NCBI RefSeq assembly: GCF_004010195.1
Contig: NC_057719.1
Span: forward strand, 60,728,158 to 60,792,157
Direction of reading: 5' to 3'
Length of the DNA: 64,000 bases
DNA from: Chiloscyllium plagiosum
Lineage: Eukaryota
Shown here: piece by piece, positions 12,316 through 23,730 of the stretch
How the letters are laid out: every line of letters starts with the position of its first letter
Numbering within the stretch: the stretch's first letter is position 1
Position numbers and translations under genes: made by a program
The notes under the pieces: model-generated
Databases searched by the model: none
Told to the model about the DNA's origin: nothing
The model's input: only the letters and a program-made list of their open reading frames with translations

Positions 12316-13112
12316 GCTGGAAATGTGTTGCTGGAAAAGCGCAGCAGGTCAGGCAGCATCCAGGGAACAGGAGAATCGACGTTTCGGGCATAAGCCCTTC
12401 TTCAGGAATGGGGAAAGTTTGTCCAGCAGGCTAAGATAAAAGGTAGGGAGGAGGGACTAGGGGGAGGGGCGTCGGAAATGTGATAGTTGGAAAGAGGTCA
12501 AGGTGAGGGTGATAGGTCAGACTGGGGTGGGGGCGGAGAGGTTAGGAAGAAGATTGCAGGTTAGGAAGGCGGTGCTGAATTTGATGGATTTGACTGAGAC
12601 AGGGCGGGGGGAGGAAACTGGTGAAATCCGAGTTCATCCCTAGTGGTTGGAGGGTTCCTAGCCGGAAGATGAGGCGTTCTTCCTCCAACCGTCGTTCCGC
12701 TGTGGTCTGACGATGGAGGAGTCCAAACACCTGCATATCCTTGGTGGAGTGGGAGGGGGAATTGAAATGTTGAGCCACAGGGTGGTTGGGTTGGTTGGTC
12801 CGGGTGTCCCAGAGGTGTTCCCTGAAACGCTCCGCAAGTAGCCGGCCTGTCTCCCCAATATAGAGGAGGCCACATCGGGTGCAAACTCTGAAACGCTCCG
12901 CAAGTAGGCGGCCTGTCTCCCCAATATAGAGGAGGCCACATCGGGTGCAAACTCTGAAACGCTCCGCAAGTAGGCGGCCTGTCTCCCCAATATAGAGGAG
13001 GCCACATCGGGTGCAAAGGATGCAATAGATGATATGTGTGGAGGTACAGGTCAATCTGTGGCGGATATGGAAGTTTCCTTTGGGGCCTTGGAGGGAGGTG
13101 AGAAGGGAGGTG
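12316..13112 (-). mobile_element. Penelope-like element 3' part (GIY-YIG endonuclease plus pLTR)
   Basis: IIYCILCTRCGLLYIGETGR...HFN...EERLIFRLGTLQPxGMN; pLTR with hammerhead at 12373-12409. Confidence 0.92.
12822..13017. repeat. 66-bp tandem triplication, in frame, within the GIY-YIG domain
   Basis: GAAACGCTCCGCAAG starts at 12824, 12890 and 12956; encodes CTRCGLLYIGETGRLLAERFR three times. Confidence 0.95.
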
Positions 13113-13503
13113 ACCCAGCACCGATCCTTGTGGCACTCCACTGGTCACAGGCCTCCAGTCTGAAAAACAACCCTCCACCACCACCCTCTGGCTTCTACTT
13201 TTGAGCCAGTTCTGTATCCAAATGGCGAGTTCTCCCTGTGTTCCGTGAGATCTAACCTTGCTAATCAGTCTCCCATGGGGAACCTTGTCGAATGCCTTAC
13301 TGAAGTCCATAGATCACATCTACTGCTCTGCCCTCATCAATCCCCTTTGTTACTTCCTCAAAAACCCAATCAAGTTAGTGAGACATGATTTCCCATGCAC
13401 AAAGCCATGTTGACTATCTCGAATCAGTCCTTGCCTTTCCAAATACATGTACATCCTGTCCCTCAGGATTCACTCCAACAACTTGACCACCACCGACGTC
13501 AGG
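13113..13503 (-). mobile_element. CR1 RT fragment fused to the PLE
   Basis: MDFSKAFDKVPHGRL...VTSGVPQGSVLG. Confidence 0.9.
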
Positions 13504-14125
13504 AAAGGCCCAGGGGCTCATAATGTGGATCTAGATCACAACACCAACTCAAAATGGGTTATAAGTCTTCAAGGTGGAAAATGTTAGTATTATCCGAAAG
13601 GAATAAAATACGGTTAGAGTATGAAAGCATCTTTCCATGCATTGTTCAGAAAGAGGCAAGACTTGTAGGTATCACTCTGGATAAATGTCAGCAGACAAAC
13701 GAAGTAACTGTGTGTCCCTACGCACTATATTCAAATAAACATGTATGTGTGGTTTTCAGATAAAGACTGCTTTGAGTTGTACTATAGAGATCTGGACCCT
13801 GAATACGGACATCATCAGAGTAGAATACAGCATTACAACTTCCCTAAGACACTGCCAGCATGGGATCTTCACATGTAATATCTAAAACACCACCTTTTGT
13901 TATTAGGCCAAACATACCAGCAAGGGTAGGCCTAATCGAGCTCACAGACGTTCATAGGAGGAGTGAGATCTTTGTTAATGTCAGTGATGAACTCGAACAA
14001 ACTTAGGGGATTATTGGGAAATGTATAACATGGTTATTGAACTCCTTCCAGAAAAATTACTGCAATCGGGAAACAATTGGAAAATGCACATAAAGGTTTT
14101 GCTAGTATTATCCAGCATTTACCTC
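13504..14125 (+). pseudogene. ERV env fragment 2: cysteine-rich F1-like region and start of the HRB-like helix
   Basis: GLIMWI*ITTP..VFKVENVSIIR/NKIRLEYESIFPCIVQKEARLVGITLDKCQQTNEVTVCPYALYSNKHVC/GF...SCTIEI...CQHGIFTCNI*NTTFCY...IGKQLENAHKGFASII. Confidence 0.7.
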
Positions 14126-14129
14126 ATGG

Positions 14130-17100
14130 GATTAGCGGCCTCCATTTTTGTAGCAGCAGTGGGAGCAGCGACAGTGACGTACAGGGGGCTGCTAGGAAGG
14201 TAAATTAATCCTTTAATAACTTATCTTGTGAATAGGCGGAGCACATGCTGAGGAGTGGACACAGGACTGCTGAGTAAGTGAGGTATGTGGGCGAAACACT
14301 AAACACTACTTGCCTGATACAGTACTTAGATAGTGTCTCCCACCCATCCTCCTCCTCAAACCAAAAAAAAGGTTCTGAGTGCTGATTCAGTAAGGTTACT
14401 AGTTTTCTCAACAGTCTCTTTGCAAATTCAGAATAGTGGGAATGGATGTTAGGGCAGTTGCATGCTCCTCCTGTAGGATGTGGGAGGTGAGGGTCACCAG
14501 TAGTGTCCCCACTGACTTCATCTGTGGTAAGTGCACCCAACTCCAGGGAATTGAAGCTGGAGCTGGCTAAACTTCGGACCATTTGGGAGGCAATTGAGAG
14601 GGGTTACAGGGAAATAGTCTCATCCCAGGTTTAGGAAAAAAGGTAGATGGGTTACAGTCAGGGAACAGAAAGGGAACAAGCAGGCAGTGCAGGGATGCCC
14701 TGTGGCCGTTCTCCTCAATAATAAGTATACCGTTTTGGATACTGGTGGGGGATGACCTCCCAGAGGAAAGCCATAGTTGTCAGGTCTCTGGCATTGAGCC
14801 TAGCTCTGTGGCTCAGAAGGGAAGGGGGAGAATAGAAAAGCGCTAGTGATAGGCGACTCAATAGTTAGAGGAATGGACAGGAGATTCTGTGGCCACAAAT
14901 GGGACTCCTGGAAAATATGTTGCTTCCCAGGTGTCAGGGTCTGGGATGTCTCTGATCGCGTCTACAAGATTCTGAAGGGGGAAGGTGAGGAGCCAGTAGT
15001 CATGGTGCACATTGGCACCAATGACTTGGCCTGGAAAGGGATGAGGATCTACAAAGTGATTTCAGTGAGTTAGGTTGGAAGCTAAAAAGCAGGACGAGCA
15101 GACTAGTAATGTCAGGATTACTACCAGTGCCACGTACTAGTGAGGCAAGGAACAGAGAGCGAGTGCAGCTAAACATGTGGCTACAGGAGGGAAGGCTTCA
15201 GTTACGTAGATCATTGGGGTATCTTCTGGAGAAGGTGGGATGTGTACATGAAGGATAGGTTGCACTTAAACTGCGGGGACACCAATGTCCTGGAGGGGAG
15301 ATTTGCTTGAGCATTTCGGGAAGATTTAAACTAGTGTGGCAAGGGCATGGGAACCAGAGCTACAGATCAGAGGAGAGGGTAGTGGTTGAATGGGCAGAAA
15401 TAGAATGCAGAGTCTGTCAGGAAGGATACACAGTTGATAGGGCAAAGGAATGGATTAAAATGTGTCTGTTTCAATGCAAGGAGTGTTAAGAATTAGAGCA
15501 TAAATCAGTACTTGAAACTACAATGTTGTGGCCAGAACAGAGAAGGATTTCACAGGGCCAGGAATGGTTGCTGGATGGTCCAGGGTTTAGATCTTTTAAA
15601 AAGAACGGGGGGGGGGTAAAAGAGGAGGGGGAGTAGCATTGTTAATTAGAGAGTGCATCACAGCTACAGAAATGGAGGTTGCTGAGGAGGGTTTGTCTAC
15701 TGAGTCAGTACGAGTGGAAGACAGTATCAGTAAAGGATCAATCACTTCATTGGGTGTTTTCTACAGACCGCCCAACAGCAGCAGAGAGATAGAAGAACAG
15801 ATTGGACAGCAGATCTTGGAAAAGTGCAGATGTATCAGAGTTGTTGTTATGGATGACTTCAACTTCACCAGTATTGATTGGAACCTTCTGAATGCAGATG
15901 GTCTGGATGGAGCCGATTTTATCAGGTGTGTCTAGGAAAGCTTCCTGACCGATATGTAGATAGGCAGACTGGGGGGGATGCTGTACTGGATTTGGTGCTA
16001 GGCAATGAGACAGGCCAGGTGTCAGATCTGTTGGTGGGAGAGCATTCCCATGACAGTGACCATAACTGCCTCACCTTTATCATAGTCTTGGAGAGAGATA
16101 GGGCAAAAGTATGGGAGGGTATTTAATTGGGTGCGGGAAAATTATACTGCAATTAGGCAGGAGCTGTGGAGTATAAATTGGGAACAATTGTTCTACGGGA
16201 AATGCGCAAGAGAAATGTGGAGGCTGTTTAAGTAGCACTTGTTACGAGTGTTGGATAACTTTGTCCCACTGAGAAAGGCAAGGAATGGCAAGGTGAAGGA
16301 GCCTTGGATGACATCAAGAGGAGGAAGCTTATGTAAAGTTGAGGAAGCAAGGATCTGGCACAGCTTTGAGGATTACAGGTTAGTTAGGAAAGAACTCAAA
16401 AATGGACTGAAGAGAGCTAGGAAGGGGCATGAAAAAGCCTTGGTGGGAAGAATTAGGGAAAACTCAAAGGCGTTCTACACTTATGTGAGGAATAAGAGAA
16501 TGATCAGAGACAGAGTATGGCTGATCAGGGATATCGGAGAAAACTTGTGCCTGGAGTCTGTAGAGGTAGGGGAGGCCCTAAATGAGTTTTTTGCTTCAGT
16601 ATTCACTAGAGAGAAGTATCTTGTTGATATTGAGAACACTGTGGACCGGTTTAATAGGCTTAGAGTCACAGGTAGATAGGATAGTGAATAAGGCATTTGT
16701 ATGCTTTCCTTTATTGGCCAGAGTATTGAGTGCAGGAGTTGGAAGGTCATGTTGCGGCTGTACAGGACATTGGTTAGGCCACTTTTGGAATATTGCATGC
16801 AATTCTGGTCTCCTTCCTATCGGAAGGATCTTGTGAAACTTGAAAGGGTTTAGGAAAGATTTACAAGCATGTTGCCAGGGTTGGAAGATTTGTGCTATAG
16901 GGAGAGGCTGAACAGGTTGGGGCTGTTTTCCCTGGAACATCGAAGGCTGAGGGGTGACCTTTTAGAGGTTTATATAATCATGAGGGACATAGATAGGATA
17001 AATAGACAAAGTCTCTTCCCTTGGGTGAGGGAGTCCAGAATGAGAAGGCATAGGTTTAGTGTGAGAAGGGAAAGAAATAAAAGGGACCTAAGGGGCAACC

Positions 17101-18911
17101 TTTTTATGCAGAGGGTGGTGCGTGTATAGAATGAGCTGCCAGAGGAGGTGGTGGAGGCTAGTACAATTGCAACATTTAAAAAGCATCTGAATGGGTATAT
17201 GAATAGTAAGGGTTTGGAGGAATATGGACCAGGTTCTGGCAGGTGGGACTAGATTGGGTTGGGATATCTGGTCGGCATGAATGAGTTGGACCAATGTGTC
17301 TGTTTCTGTGCTACACATTTCTATGACTCTATGACTCTAAAGTGGATGTGCTGGAAATTCTTGGAAGCATCAAGATAGTTAAGTCCCCAGGCCTGTACCA
17401 GATATATCCAAGGCCACTACAGGAAGCAAGAATGAGATTGCTGCACCTGCGAAAATCATCTTTGCATCCTCACTTTCCACAGGAGTAGTACTGAATAATT
17501 GGAGGGAGTCGAATGTTATTCCTCTGTTCAAGAAAGGGAATAGCAAAATACCTGGAAATTATAGACCAGTCTTACATCTGTGGTAAGCAGGTACTGGAAA
17601 GGATTCTGAGAGATAGGATTTATGATAATTTGGAAAAAAACACATCGATTGATTAAAGATAGTCAGCATGGCTTTGAGAGGGGCAGGTCATGCCTCACAA
17701 ACTTTACTGAAATTTTTGAGGATATGATGAGACAGGTTAAGGCGAGGATGTGGTGTATATGGATTTTAGTAAGGCATTTGATAAGATTCCACATGGTAGG
17801 CCTATTCAGAAAGTTAGGAGATATGGGATACAGGGAAACTTGGCTGTCTGGATATAGAATTGGCTGGTCGAAAGAAGACAGCGAAAGGTAGTGGATGAAA
17901 AGCATCTGTCTGAAGGTTGGTGACCAGTGGTGACCCACAGGGGTCTGTTCTTAGGCCTCTGCTCTTCGTAGTTTTTAATAAATGACTTGGATGAAGAAGT
18001 GGAAGGGTGGGTTGGTAAGTTTGCTGATGAGACAAAGGTCAGTGGTGTTGTAGATGGTTCAAGGGCTGTTGCAGGCTACAACAAGACATTGACAGGATGC
18101 AGAGCTAGGCTGAGAAGTGGCAGATGGAGTTCAGCCTGGATAAATGTGAAGTGATTCATTTTGGAAGGTTGAATTTGAATGCTGATTACAGGGTTAAAGA
18201 TAGCATTCTTGGCAGTGTGGAGGAACAGCGGGATCTTGGGGTTCACATACATAGATCCCTCAAAGTTGCCACCCAAGTTGATAGGGTTGTTAAGAAGGCA
18301 TATGGTGTATTGGTTTTCATTAACAGTGGAATTGAGTTTAAGAGCCATGAGTTTTGCTGCAGCTCTGTAAACCCTGGTTAGACCACAATTGAAATAGTGT
18401 GTCCAGTTCTAGTTGCCTCATTTTAGGAAGGATGTAGATGCTTTAGAGAGGGTGCAAAGGAGATTTACCAAGATGTTACCTGGATTAGAGGGGCATGTCT
18501 TACGAAGAGAGGTTGAGTGAGCTACGGCTTTTCACACTGGAGAGAAGAAGGAAGAGATGTGACTTGATAGAGGTGTACAAGGTAATGAGAGGCATATATA
18601 TAGTTGATAGCCAGAGACTTTTCCCCAGGGCAGAAGTGGTTGTCATGAGGGAACATAATTTTAAAGTGATTGGAGGAAGGTATGGGGGAGAAGTCAGAGG
18701 TAGGTTCTTTATGCAGAGTGGTGGGTGCATGGAATGCACTGCCAGTGGTGGTAGTAGAGTCTGAGACATTAGGGACACTTAAGTGACTGCTGGACAAGCA
18801 CATGAATGACAGTAAAACAACTGTGTGTAGGTTACTTTGATCTTAGATTAACATAAATGCTCAGCACAACATCATTAGCCGAAAGGCCTGTACTGTGTTG
18901 TACTGTTCTAA
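14130..18911 (+). mobile_element. Near full-length decayed CR1 LINE (5' UTR, ORF1 zinc finger plus SGNH esterase, ORF2 APE plus RT, 3' tail) inserted in ERV env
   Basis: IGDSIVRG...CFPG...HIGTND (14846-15030); GVFYRPPNS, MDDFNF, LDLVL, SDHN (APE); SQHGF, PQGSVLGP, KFAD (RT); 3' GGCCTGTACTGTGTTGTACTGTTCTA. Confidence 0.92.
16663..17339 (+). mobile_element. Nested 5'-truncated CR1 (3' end) inside the larger CR1
   Basis: LYRTLVRPLLEYCxQFWSP...LFSLExRRLRGDL with (CTATGACT)2 tail; the host CR1 resumes afterwards. Confidence 0.85.
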
Positions 18912-19114
18912 ATGGAGCAAATTCAAAAGGGTATTAGGGAAATCATAGTGACTGATTGGTGGGATCACCACTGGGACTGGGCTCAAATGTGCAGGTACAC
19001 CCAGCGATATGTCTCCTCTCACACTTGACTGTGTTTTTCATCCTGTTTACTTTGACCTATCTCACCTTCTTCATAGTTAAATCCACTGGAAGAAGGAACT
19101 CATGCAAATACTGA
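18912..19114 (+). pseudogene. ERV env fragment 3: HRB end, Trp-rich membrane-proximal region, transmembrane helix and short tail
   Basis: MEQIQKGIREIIVTDWWDHHWDWAQ then, after a frameshift, NVQVHPAICLLSHLTVFFILFTLTYLTFFIVKSTGRRNSCKY*. Confidence 0.75.
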
Positions 19115-19170
19115 CTATGTTCTCCATGCTCCTACAATAGAGCCAAAAAAAAACTGCGTCGCAAAAGGAC

Positions 19171-20181
19171 TGTGTAATTGGTTGTGCAATATGAATTTTA
19201 TTCTATTGACTACTGCTAATCACCAAATTTCTTGATGGAAAGCCAATGTATGTAAATAATGGTTAATTTTCAATTTATATGTTAAGCTACTTGTATATAG
19301 TATCTTTAAGCTTACTGATATGTGCAAGGAAGATAGTTATTGTATAGGGTGATGTGTATGTACAATGATTAACCCAGATACTCAGAGAGTTAGGCCAGCC
19401 ATCTGAGACTTGATACATGCCTGCATGAAAGTGTTATCTGAGTCTGTGATCCCATTTTTGCCAGATGTTTGAAAGGATTAGCAGGAGAGAACTGTGGTCA
19501 AGTGACAATGGGTCCAAAATTGGACAGTGTAAGTTGACCCACAGTTGGACAAATCAGGGCTGACAGAAAATTTGTCAAACTAAACTGCAGCCATCAGCTG
19601 TCTGCTAAAGAAAACAGTGGAAGCCAAGATCAATTTGGTTCTATCCAGCCCAACGGTTTTGTATTGGAGAATTGCCAATCAGATGTTCTGGCATCTTGAC
19701 TGCCTGAGTATTTGCACTGTACATCTCATGGCATGGCAACAGTGAAGGCTGTTGGTGTGACCCCATTGGATGATTTGGATCCAGCTCATGACTCTATGGG
19801 CAAAGGCCACAGAACATTCCGGAAGGTCAGGAGCGAGAGGGAATTCAAAACACACACATGGAAGCCAGCCACTCAGTGAAGACACAGTGAAGACTCACTA
19901 AGACTCAACATTGTCTGACCATCTGGAGGGTGAGAGAAGATCTTCCCTAAACCTGTGGGACTCACGTTCATGGAAGAGAGTATCGGAGAGGAAGGTCATT
20001 CCAAAAACCCATCTCAAATACATGAATTGTTGTGTGTAATATACTTTCTCAGATAGATAGCAAATATTGTGGGAATTTTGGAAATGCTCACATAACATTT
20101 TAATAGGGAATAATTTGTTAGTAAAATTGAGTTGAACTGCAAACTGAATTCTGTGTCCCTTTGTCCATCTCACCAACAACA
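19171..20181 (+). repeat. Probable 3' LTR of the ERV
   Basis: Follows env and a short purine tract (AAAAGGAC); starts TGT; AGTAAA at 20120-20125, then a U5-like stretch ending in CA; the right boundary is uncertain. Confidence 0.5.
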
Positions 20182-20289
20182 CCACTTTTGTAAAATGTTT
20201 TTAATGTATTAACTAATTGAAGGATCAAAAGCATATTTCATTACTCAATGTTCTGAAGATCCTTAAACTTCATTGTTAAAGATTCAGCA

Positions 20290-21510
20290 TGGAAAATGAA
20301 AAGAGCATCTTTCTGATGGAAGAAGTCCAGTTTATGCAACACACAAGCCATCAATGCTCATCCTTTGCTAAATAAAAAGACATACCGATGCTTTGATACA
20401 CACGTGCTTTGTAAGTTTGAGTGCCATCACACTCCCAAGCCATTAGAGATTGATGAAAACTATAGGTTTGGATCAAGGAATCAGTTGCTAGTGAAAACAT
20501 TTGAGACTTTAACTTAGATTTGAAAAAGCTGTCTCTTCAGTGTCTTTCTGGAGAATTGTTAAGAAACAGGAGGCTGGGACAGATTGTGTATGTCTTTAGA
20601 AATGAATATATGTATACTAAATTTGTATTGCCAACACTGACAGAAGAGTATTCGAATTTCATGAGAATGAATGAGATAAAACAAAATAGAGTTCCTTTGT
20701 ATTATCCTCTTTCAAATAGAGAAGCAGAGTTCACTGTACAAATTCTTAAGCATGCTCTTGTAAAACAAATATTTGATACAAATTATAAGAAAAATCACTT
20801 GTCATTGAAACATAAACATATCTCACTCCACTACGAGCAAAAAAATCATCTGAATTGTTTTTTCAAAGGTAATCTAGAATGTGGTTTTCATTGCAAAAGT
20901 CACATTTAGAATAGTCTGCAGAACAGAACCAATCCAGGCAGAAAGAGAGCTATGATAGAGGTAGCATGAGAGAAAGGTATCTGAGGTTAAACCAGGTTAA
21001 CATGAAAATATATTATCCTAAGTGGTTGATGTTGCTATCAGGAAAAGTTATGAAAATATGTGGTTCTTGTACATATTTGGTCACGATAGTGGAAAGATAG
21101 TTTTGAACATAAAAACCATGTTCTAACTTCAGAAATTCACAAAGAAGGAAGTTGGGAAGAATCAAATGAATCTCATATATTGAATATTTGGGACATAAGT
21201 GAAACACCACTGATTAACCTAAAACAAGTTGTATCTGAAAGCAGTTCTGACCCATCTCAGAATCAGACAGATATGTCTGACAAAGTGATAATTTCAATTG
21301 AAAGTCAAAGGCAAAATCAATCTTTGTTGGAAAACTTCTCTTTGAACCTCAAGCCAAAATGGGGTCAATGTTCTGACAGTTGAATCAAGGTGGAATCCTC
21401 TTAGGAACCAGAAATCAGTGGTTATGTTAGATTTGTAAATAATCAGACAACAATAGTTGTGTGGAATTTTGAAAAATGAGTAACTTTCCATTAAGGAAGG
21501 AGGTATGTAT
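20290..21510 (+). mobile_element. Decayed Ty3/Gypsy pol (integrase) remnant with polypurine tract
   Basis: EEYSNFMRMNEIKQNRVPLYYPLSNREAEFTVQILKHAL (cf. YHPxSNGxAERxVQTxK); TTAAGGAAGGAGG-TATGT near 21491-21510. Confidence 0.7.
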
Positions 21511-22932
21511 TCATAAAATCAAAAACAGATTAAACTAGATTCAGTTGTGTATTAGAAGTTAATGTGCCTGTTCCAGTGTTTCAAACTTGCTATGATGTCA
21601 CAATCACATTGTTAATAATGTTTCAAGCCGAACTGTCATATTCAATTAATGTATAAATCTAGCAAGTTCTTAGTAGTTATAATATCACTTGTGTGAAGCA
21701 AATGACAGAGTGGCATAAAACAATCCATAAATTCTGGAAATTTGCAATTTAGGATGCAGCTAGGACCTGGGATTTCAATCTGCTGGCCAAATTACATATT
21801 ACGATTGACACACATTGTTAAACTTCAACAGCTTTTCTGAAAAATCTGGGGCTGAAAATTTACAAACCACAAGTTGATTATTTTGGAACAGAGAGAAGAT
21901 GTCAAGTAAAAGAATTACTGTAGCAAGACTCTAGAAAACCTAAACTGATCTGTACTGTGGGAAGTCAGAAATGAAGATACCATAAAAGTAATGCCATGAA
22001 GTCAAGAATGTTTTCTACTGTTAAAGACCATTTTTGACCTAATCTTTTTGAATGTCAGAAACAAATTTCACATCAGCCAGAAAATTAAATAATACATTAA
22101 GATCAATATCGTTTACATATTATGAAACAAGACAAATTTTTATGCAAACTTTTTTTCCATTTCTTTTAACTTTAATTCATAATGTTATACTCATCTTTAG
22201 ATGCAGCTTTTTAATGAATACTAAACATGTAAGTGGATAGACAATGCACCACTGTGACAAAATGGCCTGAGGTGATTTTAAAGTTAGCAGACTTCGTCCC
22301 ACCAGAACTCATTACAGGGAATTTTATAACATCACACTCGGTACTTAATTTTCAGAGTCTAGCCAACCATAATAGCAGCACAGCAACATTAAGTGCAATT
22401 AATGATGTAATAAAAGCAGGAAATTGCTGATGAGCATACTAAAGCATCAGTTGTAAACACAGCCTTCTCATTCTCTCTTTCCTAAAGATTTGTATTTAAT
22501 TTTTAAAAAGCCCTGAATCTGGTGATTTTCATTGTGCCCAAGCAAAATGTTTAACAATATTATTTTTGAAATGCTGATGAGAATTGTTTCTATTTTCAAT
22601 ATATGAGAAAATGTCAAGGCAATTGTTGATCTCTATTAACATTAAGGAAGGAAGTAACATAGCTTCATTTACAGTACTGCAAAGTACCCCAAAATAAAGG
22701 GAATAAGGAAAGCAGGCTGAAAACATGTGCACAAGAAGTGGAAATTTCAGAATTCCACCTGCAAAACTTAAATTGGACTGTATTTTTAGGATAAAGCATT
22801 TGATTGTAGTTAGTTCTTTGTGTACTTAAACAGTTCACTCTCTATTAAATTCATATGTCAGTAGCACAGTGCATTTCAGGTATCAAATAATATAACAGCA
22901 GAGTGTTTGGAATTGAGATCTTTAACTAGAAA

Positions 22933-23142
22933 AACTGAAATTATACATTGAAAAATTAACAGACAATCAATTTTTCAATGTATAATTTCAGTTACATCAC
23001 ACTGTAAATTTTTGCTATAAATTCTGTGTGTTAGGATTGAGCCCTCCACTATCACCTGATGAAGGAGCGTCGCTCCGAAAGCTAGTGTGCTTCCAATTAA
23101 ACCTATTGGACTATAACCTGGTGTTGTATGATTTTTAACTTT
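22933..23142 (+). mobile_element. PLE pLTR mini-element with 25-bp 5' inverted repeat
   Basis: Arms at 22933-22957 and 22969-22993; hammerhead; 3' GGACTATAACCTGGTGTTGT tail, also seen near 41385-41430 and (inverted) at 52250-52345. Confidence 0.8.
23053..23087 (+). ncRNA. Minimal type I hammerhead ribozyme (PLE-associated)
   Basis: CAC-CTGATGA-A-GGAGC-GTC-GCTCC-GAAA-GCTA-GTG: intact core, 5-bp stem II, palindromic AGCT stem III, CAC/GTG stem I. Confidence 0.8.
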
Positions 23143-23497
23143 ATTTGTATGTGTTTCACATATTAAATCCCCATACCTTAATTCCGACCTTTTCTTGATA
23201 TGGATATCAATTAAATCTTAAACTCTGGTTGAAACTAAATTGGGTAGCTTGCAAAGACAGTTGCAGAAATCATTCTATTCAATTAACTGACACCATCTTT
23301 AAACTACCTGATGATTTACATGATTTCTAGTCCTAGACATGCTGTTAATTGGTTTCACTGTTCAGCAGCAGACTGAAAATCAATATATTGGAACACGACT
23401 TCAAGTTAGTCTACACCTTAAAGGGCAGGTACATTGTTAATGAAGTAGGTGCTGGGAATCATGTGCAAGTTGTGTTTATTTTGGAAAAGAGAAAGAA

Positions 23498-23730
23498 ATG
23501 GCTGAGCACTGGAGAGAATGGGCTTCAAGGTTTTCTGACATTCTCCTGGAGATCTTGCTAAAGAAGCAAGAAAGGAAGAGAGATGCCCTGTTCTCTCAAG
23601 CTGTCAGAAAGCCATTGTGAAAAGGCCATAGGAAGAGATGGCCATGGGGTTGATGTTTGGAGTCTAGCCCCACAGATCCAGACAGAATGCTGCAAATAAG
23701 ATTATTGATCTCACACAGGTGGGCAAGGAC
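23498..23730 (+). pseudogene. Harbinger-type Myb/SANT-like ORF remnant
   Basis: MAEHWREWASRFSDILLEILL...RDALF ... EEMA...SLAPQ...CCK*..DL, a trihelix Myb/SANT pattern. Confidence 0.55.

Noticed and set aside
12822..13017. CRISPR-like array
   Set aside because: Head-to-tail 66-bp units without unique spacers, inside a eukaryotic PLE ORF
20290..21510. Second integrase as part of the ERV
   Set aside because: It lies beyond the putative 3' LTR, has Gypsy-type motifs and its own polypurine tract, so it is a separate element
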